Below the pieces are notes generated by a model. The model did no database searches, was not told where the DNA came from, and worked only from the letters and a program-made list of their open reading frames with translations. The translations under genes were made by a program, and so were the position numbers. Shown one piece after another: positions 31,438 to 47,517 of a stretch of 64,000 nucleotides of DNA. Source of the stretch: the human T2T-CHM13v2.0 reference genome, Homo sapiens; NCBI RefSeq assembly GCF_009914755.1, contig NC_060940.1; one strand, written 5' to 3'. The first letter of the stretch is position 1, and every line of letters begins with the position of its first letter.

Positions 31438-32500
31438 TACAATCTATTCTTGGTAGTTATGTTCTACTGAACATAATGGAAACACTGAATTAGGGAACAC
31501 TGAACCATGGATCCCAGGAGAAATACAGTGTTGGGTTCCTGCAAACGTCGATCACAACATTTCTATCAATCAAGACATAACCTTGCTTTATGTGTTTGTT
31601 TAAATAAACCTTATTTAATATATTATTGATTCATTACCATTGAACTCAGAACTAAAGCACCTTAACTCCTACCTGAATAAAGCTTATCTAACACACGTAT
31701 TTTCTCTGTAAGGCACTTCACAGCCTTCTGCTTAGGAATACTGGACACTACTTCAATACCAAGCTTCGGAGGAGGGAGGCATTTTAAACAGCAAAATCAC
31801 TAGGAAATAGCACAAAAATGTGGAAAATATGGCACTAAGCAGACTGCAAATTTAAAAACACTTATTTACAAGAGCTGAAACAAGAAGACAGAGCGTTACC
31901 TTATTCAACATCATCTGGGAACATCCATGTCGGATAATTCAAATCCTTCATCACTCTACGCTTATCCACAAACGACTGCAAAAGCACCATAAGTACAGAT
32001 TTGGGGGTTCTCAGGGATAAAGATTCTACTGGGATGGCAGGAAAAACAACATTCTAATAGAGCTTTCTAAAAATGAAATGGGCCGACCCAGGAGAGGACT
32101 TTCCAGTCTTTGGCGTGGTTGTTTGTAATTCAGATCTGCCACTCCCAAATCAGGTACACATCAGAAAATCTGGGTGGGAGGCTTGTTAAAAATACTCCAG
32201 TGTTTCTGACTTAGTAGATCTAGATGGGGCTCAGAATCTGTATTTTTATCAACAAATTTTTCATCACTCTACGCATGTCCACAAATGACTGCAAAGGCAC
32301 CATGAGTACTGATTTGGGGGTTCTCAGGGATAAAGATTCTAGTGGGATGGCAGGAAAAACAACATTCTAATAGAGCTTTCTAAAAATGCAATGGGCCACC
32401 CCAGGAGAGGACTTCCCAATCTTTGGCGTGGTTGCAAAAAGGAAATTTTTGCAAATAGGCAATTTCACAAATACAGAATTTGTCATAATAAGCACAGACT
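31438..32500. mobile_element. MER82-like (TcMar-Tigger) DNA transposon interrupted by a templated insertion
   Basis: tcactctacgc..tccacaaa.gactgcaaa.gcacca..agtac.gatttgggggtt, resuming with gcaaataggcaatttcacaaatacagaat...ataataag; matches the recalled MER82 terminal region. Confidence 0.75.
31940..32434. repeat. Direct duplication: 31940-32121 repeated at 32253-32434
   Basis: About 182 bp aligned by eye, roughly 14 substitutions. Confidence 0.95.
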
Positions 32501-33271
32501 TTATCTCCATCTCAAATGTCCTCCTCAATAGCCCAATTTGATACTTACCTTGCACATCCTCTGACATCTCTCAATTTTCTAACCATTGATCTTGTTACTT
32601 ACTCATCAACACCCACCCACCCCCCTTGGCTCCAATGCACATTTTCATCCTTCCTAATTATAGAAGTGCTATGCTCAAGTTTGTACATTTCATTGTATGT
32701 AAACTTCATCTCAGTATTTATGTGACAAAATAAGTATAGTAAAATGTTAATAAGAGAATCTAGGTGGTGGGTATATGGGTGTTCACCGTAAAATTTTTTC
32801 AATTTTTTGTGTGTTTGAAAACATTCCTAATAAAATGGGAAAAGAGAAAGGAATCACATGTTCCAAAAACATTCTAAAAATATATTTAATGAAATGAAAT
32901 TGAATCTTTCCCCAATCTTCCACCCAATGCCTCACTTCCCTTCATAATGTCTTCATCAGGTGGTCATATGGACAAGTGATTTCCAAATGCTGGTTCATGG
33001 ACCAGCTGCCTCAGAATAACCCAGGTGCTGATAAAAATACAGGTTCTGAGCCACATCCAGACCTACTAAGTCAGAAACACTGGAGTGTTTTTAACAAGCC
33101 CCCCCACCCAGATTTTCTGATGTGTACCTGGTTTGGGAGTGACAGATCTGAATTACATACAACCACACCAAAGATTGGAAAGTCCTCTCCTGGGACAGCC
33201 CATTTAATTTTTAGAAAGCTCTATTCGAATATTGTTTTTCCTCCCATCCAACTGGAATCTGCATCCTTGAG
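32010..33271. repeat. Inverted repeat: 32010-32254 is the reverse complement of 33026-33271
   Basis: Aligned by eye. Also visible in the ORF track (TTPKIGKSSPG..FRKLY on both strands). Confidence 0.95.
32974..33146. mobile_element. MER5-like (hAT-Charlie)
   Basis: agtgatttccaaatgctggttcatggaccag...agacctactaagtcagaaac...tttttaacaagccccc...tggtttgggagtga. Confidence 0.8.
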
Positions 33272-33351
33272 GTCTTCCACTCATCTATTCTTTTTATTTT
33301 TGAGGCCATAGACTGAATCCCTCTTCCTCTTTATAATAATCACAGTTCTCA

Positions 33352-33487
33352 TTATTATTATGTTTTTGTAGAGATGGGGTCTCACTACATTGCCCAGGCT
33401 GGTCTCAAACTCCTGGACTCAAAAAATCCTCTGGCCTCAGCCTCCCAAAGTGCTGGGATTACAGGCATGAGCCCCCACACCCAGTCC
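33352..33487 (-). mobile_element. FLAM (Alu left monomer)
   Basis: Monomer with TSD cacag(t/c)tctcat. Confidence 0.9.
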
Positions 33488-33747
33488 ACAGCTCTCATGA
33501 TCAGTGCTGATTACATCGTATGACGGTACACTCTGTGCTACGCTCTGTGCACCCTCTCACGGTAGCCTTGTAGATGTCATGCCCCACCCCATCTTCCTAC
33601 CCTTCCCAATACCAAGCAGTCAGAGCACCTTCACCTTCTGTGAAATCATGACATGACCTTCTAGTGTCTTCACCAACCTTTTCTGAAAACAGTCAAAAAG
33701 TAAACCTCAGACATTCTACTCTGCGTGAATGAATTTATCTAATCCTC

Positions 33748-34415
<668 letters not shown>

Positions 34416-35024
34416 TAAACAACATAGAAAGGAGAGCCTGGAACCAGCTTGAAAATAACCATTGCCTACTTCACAGTTCTGCACAACACTGGCCCCATTT
34501 AAAGGGATATAATATGTTTCTCTATTCAGCTGAATAAAAGATTTCAAGTGATCTAGAAACCAGTTTCTACTATTTACAATTTAGACATGTTTGACTGAAA
34601 TTTAAAATTAATCCTTTCAGCTGCCATATCCCATGAGCTAAAAAAAATTTGTATAATATCTCAGTGTAAAATAATGTCACCTTGAGGTCTGTTTAATTTT
34701 GCTTTTTTGAATAATATGTTCAAACATGCCTGCTAAATGCAGAACTTTAAACAAGCTGGACTGAAAGATTTTTTAATAAGATTTGGGGGATGAAATCACC
34801 AAGTCACCTGGTGTTTTTCAATAAAATTGAGACTTCTCAATTTTATAATTTTTAAATGAAGTATCATTGTACTCTGCTATGAATCAGATGGACACTAACT
34901 CTTTAGCAGCCTTTAGTCTAACCTTTACAAATGTTGGTATTCTGGGATGTGACACTTTTTTTATGAATGTGATGTCTGTGTTAATGTATTCATAATGTGT
35001 CTTGTTAATATAGCCATAATGTTT

Positions 35025-35058
35025 CTGGGATTATAGGTGTGAGCCACCACGCCCGGCC
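35025..35058 (-). mobile_element. Alu 5'-end remnant (34 bp)
   Basis: ctgggattataggtgtgagccaccacgcccggcc. Confidence 0.85.
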
Positions 35059-35112
35059 CCACTGGTAATTTTTAAATTGGTGTTTTCGAAATTTCGCGCA
35101 TATTTAGCCACT

Positions 35113-35165
35113 GTTAGGTTGACCATAAAATTGCCATTTTTCTTGGCCAAAATGATTCAATCTAA
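35113..35165. mobile_element. MADE2-like mariner MITE remnant
   Basis: ttaggttgaccataaaattgccattttt...aaaatgattcaatctaa. Confidence 0.55.
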
Positions 35166-35331
35166 TGCTTACTTAATTTGGATTTTAAAAGGTAAAGCAG
35201 AAGTGCTGTCAGTTAGCAATTTTATTTCTTCTGCCTCCCATGGGAATAATTTTCAAATGTTTTCCTCTCTACTGTGAACTAAAGTATAATTTTCTACTTG
35301 TATGTTCTTTCTCATAATTTTGAAAACTTTA

Positions 35332-35633
35332 GACCAGATGAGATGGCTCATGCCTATAATCCCAACACTTTGGGAGGCTGAGGTAGGAGAATTGCTTGCG
35401 CCCAGAAGTTCAAGACCAGCCTGGGCAACATGGTGAGACTCTTTCTCTTAAAAAAAAAAAATTAATAGCTGGATATAGTGGCATGCACCTATTGTCCTAG
35501 CCACTCAGGAGGCTGAAGCAAGAAGATCACTTGAGCCCAGGAGGTTGGGGCTGCAGTGAGCTGGGTTTGTACCACTGCCCTCCAGCCTGAGCAGCAGAGC
35601 AAGACGCTGCCACTAAATAAATAAATAAATAAA
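35332..35633 (+). mobile_element. AluJ
   Basis: Diverged dimer with (TAAA)n tail. Confidence 0.95.
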
Positions 35634-36158
35634 CTTCTATCTATTTCCAAGACTATCTTGTCACCTTTTTGACTCAGTCATTCTGGAATAGCCAGCACCC
35701 ATCCCAACTTTGGAAAACCACATGTTTACATGCAAAGTCAAGGATGACATTGAAAGACAGAAGAGAAATAAAGATATTTTGTATTCTTCTAAATATTCTT
35801 TAAATTCAAGTGACTTTTATAATTTTTATATAGAAAGTACTTAAAGTTATCTCATGATATGGCAGAGAGCCCTAAGGAATCCAGAAAAATTCAGCACCTG
35901 TAAAGATCAGAACTTGATGGTACAGAAAGAATTTTAAATAGTAAGTAAAATCTTTCCAAAAAGATGTTTACTTTTTGAATAGCATCCAAATATCACAAAG
36001 AGGATGTGGACAGAAGTTGCAGAAAAGAGTTCTATTTCTTTGTCGATATAAAAAATAAGAAATACTGCTTAATATACAAATGATAACTGCTTATGATGAT
36101 GGCCATCCTAAATGCCCTGACTTGACCATTACTATGCATTTAAAAAAATATCACAGGC

Positions 36159-36456
<298 letters not shown>

Positions 36457-37639
36457 TCATAAATATGTACAAATATGATGAATCAATAAAACAAAATTTT
36501 TTTAAAAATACCTCATCTAGAATAATTTATTATGAAATATTTTTTAACCAAGGCTCATGACTTACATTTTCCAATTTGGATTAAATATGTATTTTGAGTC
36601 TCCTGTCAGCTAATTCCTTACCAGAATTCACCAATATAAAATATTTTTCCCCTTCTGCGTTCCCTGCTACTGCCATTCACTCAGCCCTCAGGCTGCCTTA
36701 TTTCATTAATTAGTTTTGATATGTACATTCCTGTCACCTATGTACACTCCTTAAGAAAAGAGAGTATGTCTCGACTATCTTTGTTTCTCCCGCAGGGTCT
36801 TGTACACTGGAAACATTCTTGTACACCAGATCTCTCTTTTTTGTTTAAATCAACTGTTTTTTCCCCTTGACTGATTTAATTACCCAAACCTGCATCTTCC
36901 CTCATCCATCTCTACTGCTATTTCCAGAAAGGCAATGGCCCAACAATATACAGTGGTCTAGGCACAGACACACAATAGTTTTATTTCAAATCTATAACTC
37001 AGGTGCTAAACAGATTCATGCACTTGAAGCAGCTGCGCTCCGTGTACTGTTCCCAGAATGTAAATAAGTACTGCGTTAAAAATTAATCAGGCATTTGCTC
37101 AAATACCTAATGGTCAATTCAGACATTTCAGGCTTCAACTTTAATAATACAAAAATATTTAATAATGTTAATCTTTCAGAACTGTGTCAATGGGATCATG
37201 GATGAGCTGACTCACTTCACTGAAGAAATTTACTCTCTGTAGAAAAATGTAAGCCTAGCAGATTCAAACTGTTTATACAAGATCTAAAAGAATCTCGGAG
37301 ATATCTTTCAAATATGCATACAAAATATTTTCTGCCTTAATTCCAGTATATTACTTTTGAGTAGAGTGTGGACAGACTTCCAAGGCTCAAATATAAGGCT
37401 ATTGTTTAGATACTATTTTAAAAGCACAATAATCACCTTAGTGATTGAAATAGTCTAGTTATTATCTGGATTTGGAATCAAGGGCCTAGGGTTGAATTCC
37501 TGGTTCTGTGACTACCTTATGTTGGGTGGACTTAGATAAGGCATTTAATCTCTCCTAGTGTGTTTTCTTATATCTAGAGTAAAGAAACTTCTGCTACCTG
37601 TTTATCTATTTAAAATAGATATTTTGAAATCAAATTAGA

Positions 37640-37897
37640 GCAGAGTTCCCCGAACTTGGCACTGTTGGTGTTTGGGGCCAGATAATTCTTTGTTGTGATT
37701 CTGAGCATGGTACGATGTTTAGCAACAGGTCCGGCCTCTACCCACAATGCCAGTAGCACACATGCACACACATGCACACACACATACACACACACACTCC
37801 CCAGTTCAGTTATAACAGCCAAAAGTGTCTCCAGATGCTGCCAAATGCTGGGGTAGGGGGGAAGTGACACACACACCCATCCCTCTGCCCACTGAGA
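37640..37897. mobile_element. MER20 (hAT-Charlie) with an internal (CA)-rich tract
   Basis: ggcactgttggtgtttggggccagataattctttgttgtg...gatgtttagca...cccagttcagttataacagccaaaagtgtctccaga. Confidence 0.88.
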
Positions 37898-40332
37898 ATG
37901 AATGAATTAAATGACTTATATGGAAACCTTCATTAATACATTGAATATATACTGATCACCTACTATATGCCACACACCGGCCAGGTCAAATCAGATGTGA
38001 TTCATGCCCTCTAACAGAGCAGATGAATAAATCAGTGTTTGCGGTGACAGGAGTTTAGGAGCCCTTGGGGTCAGGAAGGGGGAAGGGAAGTGTAACATTA
38101 AGATATCAAAGAGTAGAAGCCACGGGAATTGGTGATTAAATGGATGCAGGGGAATAAGTAAAGGGAGGAGAGAAAAACAATTCTTACAACATCAACAACA
38201 GTTCATTATTATTTATTACCTAAGTCATAAGAATTTTTCCACAAAAACAGGGACATTTCCCAAAAGAAAGCTCATACCACATAAATGTTCATAAAAATAA
38301 ATATTGACTTCACTGTGGCTGCTTTCATTTTAACCAGTGGCGAGACACACATAGACAAATGACTCCGTTCTTCCATTCCATTTGCACTTCTATCTCTAAA
38401 TTCTCAAGACCAACAGAGGTTAGTTAGTCTCCATGCCATAGTTAGACTATCAAGGTCCACAAAGATTGTAGGAAGGAGGTGACGGACAACATGCATCACT
38501 CATGGGTTTTTTATTGCATCCACTGAAGAACACATTCTTTTAACATTGTCTAAGAGTTCTGTTAGATATCAACTTTGAAAACCCAAGTCAAATGCATTTG
38601 TGCCATCACCAAAAGAAAATAAGACCTAAACCAGGGTAAAAAACAGCCTTTCCTTCATGACCCTGGAGATGTATACCTTTTCAGAATATTATTTGCATGT
38701 GAGGTCCTCAACAGAGGTGACTCTATTACCTCTCATCCCTGGGGTACAGCAAGGCAACAGCTATCCCATTATCTCATGGCACTTTCTAGTTCGTGTGAAA
38801 CCAGTAACGTGTAGTTTCAAAACACAGAACATCGCCTTCATCAGAGGAGAGCTAGTTAAAGGCTGCAAATGGGGCCCTTCGGCTCCTGGTCCTGCAGAGG
38901 TATTTGGAGGAGGTCCATGTGCCTAACCACATCAATTTCAGATGAAATTCTCATTGCAAATGTATATTACCCAACACCTCAAAATGTATGAAGGCCTTCC
39001 TGGTTTTTAGGGCTTACAAGCCCCCTGACAATAGAATTCTTTGTGGAAATATCAAAATTCGAGTAACAGAGACAATTTTTGAGAGGATCAAAAATAGAAA
39101 CCATTATTGGAGTATAAAAACAATTTAGTTGCTTAAGAATCCATATTTCTAAGAAAAGCAGCTTTGTTAACTGACATGTGCTCAATAGGCAATTTTCCCC
39201 ATTTAATTTTCACAAATAGATCACTCTGAAATGTATTTCCCCTAACAAAGACTGCACATTAACGACAAATGATACATCTTCAGATTTTAATTAATGTCAA
39301 GAGCTTTATTTTGCTTCCAAGCAACTTATAAGAGACATGTTATTAATATAATTTAATTTAAGGGGACAGGCATTTGTTTTCTATTTTTAAAAAGGTGGTT
39401 TGAAATTCTGGCCCTGTCAACATCATTTAAACATTCCTGTTCCATGCTTCAATATAATAAATTGAATCAGCATTTTAATTGTGCCCATGCTTTGTGGTTC
39501 CTGGCAGGACAAAAAGATTCTCTGTGAGTGCATGACTCCTCCCAAGAAAACCCCACTGAGTGATTAATTACTAGTCTGGAAGATATAAATATGTCTCTCA
39601 ATAAAGACAGTATGGACTGCTGGAAGCTCTGGCCTTATACATCTCCATGGGGTGCCTTAACTAAGCAGACATCCTCTTAATTCAAACAAGATTCTGGCTC
39701 CAGCATTCACGGACGGCTCCCTCATCATACACTGTTCCTTTACTGAACAGCATATTTCTTTTAATTAGCATCATTTTGTGTATGTATAAGAATCAAAGGA
39801 AATCGGCTTTTATGTACAAATATATCAAATTTTCAAGGTGCCTCTGTTCCTTAAGAAAGAACTGAGGACAATAGTAAATAACCTTGCATTTTCAAAAAAG
39901 TACCATCTTTGTATAAATACATTTTAGGTTACACCCAGACATTACTCATGCTTCATTCTGAGTTAAAGGTTTGGCCAAAAGACCATAAATTTATAAACGA
40001 AAACACGAACCGGCAGGTCTATAAGTCTATTCCTAAGCCTCACACCTATTGTATGAACCGAGAAGCCTCATGATTGCTAGAAGGGAGAGGAGCTTAGACA
40101 AAGGACTCATTGCCACCTCCCCTTACTCCATATAGTAAAAACAAGAATTGATGGAATTCCTAGGACTGTTCCTACAAGGCCAGAATTAGGTAAGAAGAGT
40201 TTATACTAACCATTTAAACCAGAAATTGCAAGCAACGTCAACTAACTTGAAAATAAAGATTAACACAAGAAATCAATACTAGAAGTTGGCTTTTTTAAAT
40301 TGGAGAATAATCACGTATAAATTTTTAGTCTA

Positions 40333-40742
<410 letters not shown>

Positions 40743-40973
40743 GAAATCCAGACATCATGTTCCTAACCATCCTATTTGAAAGAGGATGAAAGAAAGGTGT
40801 TCTAAAAAGCCAATATGCATTCTGCCATGGGAAAATATTACTTGTATACAGACTTTGACTCTCTTACTATTCATATCTTTACCTGGCCTTGCCAAAGATA
40901 TTTTTGAGCAGGATCATCAAACATAAATGCAAGCATTAAATCAGTAAGCAAACATGAATCTGAATTGGAGTTC

Positions 40974-41804
<831 letters not shown>

Positions 41805-42819
41805 AGGTTCTATAACCTCATTACCCAATATTTCCAGGCTTTAAGCTCCAGTTTAAGTTTCCCATTATAGCCTTTTTCAGGTACTAGCATATATACTCTT
41901 TTGACCCATTTCCTTTTGAATTCTAATGCCACTTTTTCTGTAACAAAATTCAGCACTTAGCTAACCAATTCCCTATATGATTTTCTAAGGTGTATATAAC
42001 CATTATGCTTCACATACAAATAGAGGCAGAGACCATGTTTTATGTTAATTTTTATTATCTAACACATAAGACACATAGTAGGTATTCAATAAATGCTTGG
42101 TTTGATGTGAAAGCAGCTAGAGTTTGCAATAAGAGTTTTAAACTTCATGTGCTAAACTTTTCTTATTTGTTACATGTAAATAATATTATCCTGTGTTACC
42201 ACAGGGGAGATTGAGTAATTTTTAAACTTTTACACTCCTTTACAAATATAAAATAGAGTAAATTTTATAATAAGAAAGCAAAAAACAACTAGATAAAATT
42301 TAAAATTTCTGTATATAGCAAAAGTCACAAAAAAGCAATTAAAAGACAGTGACTGGAAGAAAGTACAGAGAAAAAAATGAAAAATCCATAATATACAAAG
42401 AGCTCCTATGAAGCAATGGAAAACTGAGAAAAAGATATAAACTTATGGTATTCAGAAGAACCAATGAAAAAACTGAAAAGATGCTTAATCTCACAGATAA
42501 TCAGCAAAATGCAAATTAAAATAAAGTGTTTTATCATTTAGTAAAAAGACTAAAGAAGATATAATATTGGTGAGTATATATGGAAATGGGCCTTCTTGCA
42601 TACTGTGGATAGGAATATAAACTGGCTTATAGGAGGAGAGTTGGGCAATATCTATCAAAATGTTAATAGGTACATCACTTGTAACCCAAAAATATTTACC
42701 GAAACCTTGTTTTTAGTATTTAAAAACTGGAAAGCTAAGTATCCATCAATACTCTCATGGTATACATTGATTAATCTATATACAGAAAACTATGCAAAAA
42801 TTTAAAAGAATGTGATGAC

Positions 42820-43156
<337 letters not shown>

Positions 43157-43189
43157 TCAAATAACATTAAGTTAAAAAGGCAGTTTGCC

Positions 43190-43403
43190 GGCCAATATGG
43201 TGAAACCCCATCTCTACTAAAAATACAAAAATTAGCCAGGTGTGGTGATGGGCGCCTGTAATCCCAGCTACTCAGGAGGCTGAGTCAGGAGAATCACTTG
43301 AACCTGGGAGGCGGAGCTTGTGGTGAGCCGAGATCGCGGCACTGCACTCCAGCCTGGGTGACAGAGTGAGACTCGGTTTCAAAAAAAAAAAAAAAAAAAA
43401 AAA
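43190..43403 (+). mobile_element. 5'-truncated AluS
   Basis: Starts at ggccaatatggtgaaacc; TSD aaaaggcagtttgcc. Confidence 0.95.
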
Positions 43404-43675
43404 GGCAGTTTGCCAAAAAGTGTGCATAGTGTAATACCATTTTTTAAAAGAAGTATATAAATGCATAGAAAAAGGCTAGAATGATACACACCAAAATAAT
43501 ACTAATTTACTAATTATGTATTTGTATTATTAATAATGATTAGTAAATAGGACGGGTTGAGGGCCATTGGGAGAGTAAAGGAAGACAATAATTTTTATAT
43601 GCTTATGCATTATTTGGATTTTTCACAAGCATGGATTTATGCGATATGTGTGTAACTTGTTTATACTGCACATAC

Positions 43676-43936
43676 CTGGGCAGCAGAGGAGAGCAGAGCA
43701 AAGATGGCTTCAAAAAAGGAGCCAAAGAAAGAGCTGGGTCTTCACAGAGGAAGTCTTCACTTTTATCCTGGTTCAGACCAGCCAGATGGTCGGCATTGCC
43801 ATAGACATGAATATATATTAGCACCAGGTGCTCCTGCCACGTCTTCCTCTGTGGCTCAGGAGACACCGAGCAGTAAGCTGTGCTGGCGACCCTGTGTTCG
43901 GCCTCTCAGGAGCACGGAGGAGCCTCTCCCTGCAAT
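43676..43936 (-). other. Candidate internal exon (261 nt) of an unidentified minus-strand host gene, probably 5'UTR
   Basis: Acceptor tcttatttatcttgattccAG|ATTGCAG and donor CCCAG|GTatgt. Unique, GC/CpG-enriched island between L1/Alu and MIR/Alu. Stops in all three frames near its 5' part. Confidence 0.75.
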
Positions 43937-44132
43937 CTGGAATCAAGATAAATAAGATGAGCTCCTGAAAGTTAAACTTGAAAAACAGCACAAACTGGAT
44001 CAGAAGAGAGAGATGAGAGGTCACCTACATCATAATGAAGCTAGAAGTTACCAATTACCAGGCAACCTCCCCATGCCAAACACCGCGGACTTTCATACCG
44101 TATATCTCACTTCATCTTCACAACGCACCTAA

Positions 44133-44578
<446 letters not shown>

Positions 44579-45167
44579 TCCAATGCCTATGTTCTCAACT
44601 AACATGGTATGCTCTCTCCCTTAACAGACACAGAAAGGCTTCAGGGTTGGCAATACTTGACTATATCCTTGCTCTATGTGTAACAGGATACAATGAATCA
44701 ATTTTAAAAAATCATATTGCTTAGCCATGGAAGTACAGAGCCAAAAGCTTCAGAAAAGCACATGGTAATAGTGCCGACTCAAATGCTTCCCGGGCAATAG
44801 GGTCCCTGGCTCAAGCAACAGGCCAACTAAGCCACCTGACGTGTAGACAGAAAGCAAAGTTCTCAGCTTGCCAGGAAAAAGGCCAGTGGTTAGACTGTGG
44901 ATTCACTGAGGTAATGTCATCCCAAGAAGCCTCTTAAGAAACAAACAGCTCATCCATGAGCCCCACGTGAGTTCTTTTCCTATTTGGAATATCTATGGTC
45001 CAACTGGGATATTCCCACTGTCTCATGTTACCTTAGGCCTGTTTCGAATTCATACAGTCTACATGATTGACACAGGCAATGTCGAAGAACATGTTTCCCA
45101 CAAAACTGTCACAAACCCAGGTCAACTGGATTCCCCTACAGACCCAGAGTTAATATATAAAGAACTA

Positions 45168-45483
<316 letters not shown>

Positions 45484-46091
45484 TGTTCTAGTAATTCACT
45501 TGTTGAAAAATACACAGTAAGTGCTTACTCTGGGTCAAGCACTGTGCTAATGAAGGAAATAATAAGGTAAATAAGTCAAGATTCCTGCCCTCAAGCTTTA
45601 GTAGGAGACACAGAAACAAATAATCACAATCCTAAAAGATGGAGATTGCAATAAAAGAATGCACAAAACACTATGGGAACACAGAGGATGGAGTAAGTAA
45701 GTTTGGCAGAGAAGGGAGAGATCTTCCTAAAACCACAGTCAGTTGGTGAGAGAGGGGATCACCCAAAAAATGAGGAGAGATCTTTAATAAATGCAAAATG
45801 AAGAGAGTAAAGATCTGCACCCAGTGAGGAAGTTTAGAATAGCTGAGATTATAACATACGTGCATCTCCAAGCCTCTGGCTGAGCCTGAAGTGATGAATC
45901 CTAAAAATCTACTTCCTCAAAACTCCACAAGCCTCTGAAAGACACAGAGAAACAGCCCCAATTGCTTAGGGAGCCAGCGCTGCAAGAAGTTTGCTCCCCT
46001 GAAGCTGTTGACAGTTTTGACTCTTAGGTGAATCTTTGGAGAGGATGCAAACAAAACTCTCTCGTGTGCATTTAAGAAGTTCTCCTGTCAT

Positions 46092-46525
<434 letters not shown>

Positions 46526-46631
46526 TCACTGTCACTGCCATTTGAGAATGGAATGATCTGCACATCCACAAATGGAAAGAAATAGAATGAAGATTACAAA
46601 AATTTTATTTAGTATAAAGTTGAAGGGCACG

Positions 46632-47015
46632 ATGGTAGGCCAAATAACGTGCCCCCAAAGATGTCCACAATCTTAATCCCTAAAACCTGTGAATACACTC
46701 CCTTACGTGGTAAAAGGGACTTTGCATATATGATTAAAGATCTCAAGAAGAAGGGAATGGGATATAGAAGCAGGGGCTGGAGCAATGCACTTTGAAGATG
46801 GGGAAGAGGCCATGAGCCAAGGAACACAGCCTCTACAAGCTAGAAAAGACAAGGAAACAGATTCTCCCGGGGACTCCCCCAGAAGGAACACAGCCCTGCC
46901 AAGACCTTGAGCCCCATACGACTTCTGGCCTCCAGAACTGTAAGAGAAAACATTTGTGTTCTTTTAGGCCACTAAATCTGTAGGAATCTATTGCAGTGCC
47001 GATAGGAAACTAACA
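46632..47015 (+). mobile_element. MLT1B/C-like LTR
   Basis: cccccaaagatgtccacaatcttaatccctaaaacctgtgaata...gacttctggcctccagaactgtaagaga. Confidence 0.88.
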
Positions 47016-47205
47016 TGAGGGAGGGCGTTTTCTCCAAAGTCCTCAAAGCCCAAATAAATAGTGTTTTATCAATCCTCTCAACATCAGACAAAGGAGAAAG
47101 AAAATGGAGGAAGAGGGAGGTTAAAGTGAGTCATCCAAAATGAAAGCAAACAGCAGAGCAGGCCCAGGCATTTCATTTTGATGATTTATCAAAATTACAG
47201 AAAAA

Positions 47206-47482
47206 GGCCAGGCACAGTGGCTCACGCCTGTAATCCCAGCACTTCAGGAGACTGAGGCGGGTGGATCATTTGAGGTCAGGAGTTCAAGACCAGCTCGCCA
47301 ACATGGTGAAACCCTCTCTCTACTAAAAATACAAAAATTGGCTGGGCATGGTGGCACACACCTGTAGTCCCAGGTATTCAGTAGGCTGAGGCAGGAGAAT
47401 CGCTTGAACCTGGGAGGCGAAGGTTGCAGTGAGCCGAGATCACGCCACTGCACTCCAGCGTGGGCAATGGAGCAAGACTCCA

Positions 47483-47516
<34 letters not shown>
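47206..47516 (+). mobile_element. AluS
   Basis: Full dimer, long A tail, TSD acagaaaa. Confidence 0.96.

Positions 47517-47517
<1 letters not shown>

Noticed and set aside
43704-43955. + strand ORF MASKKEPKKELG...
   Set aside because: Antisense shadow of the minus-strand exon; the splice signals support the minus strand only.
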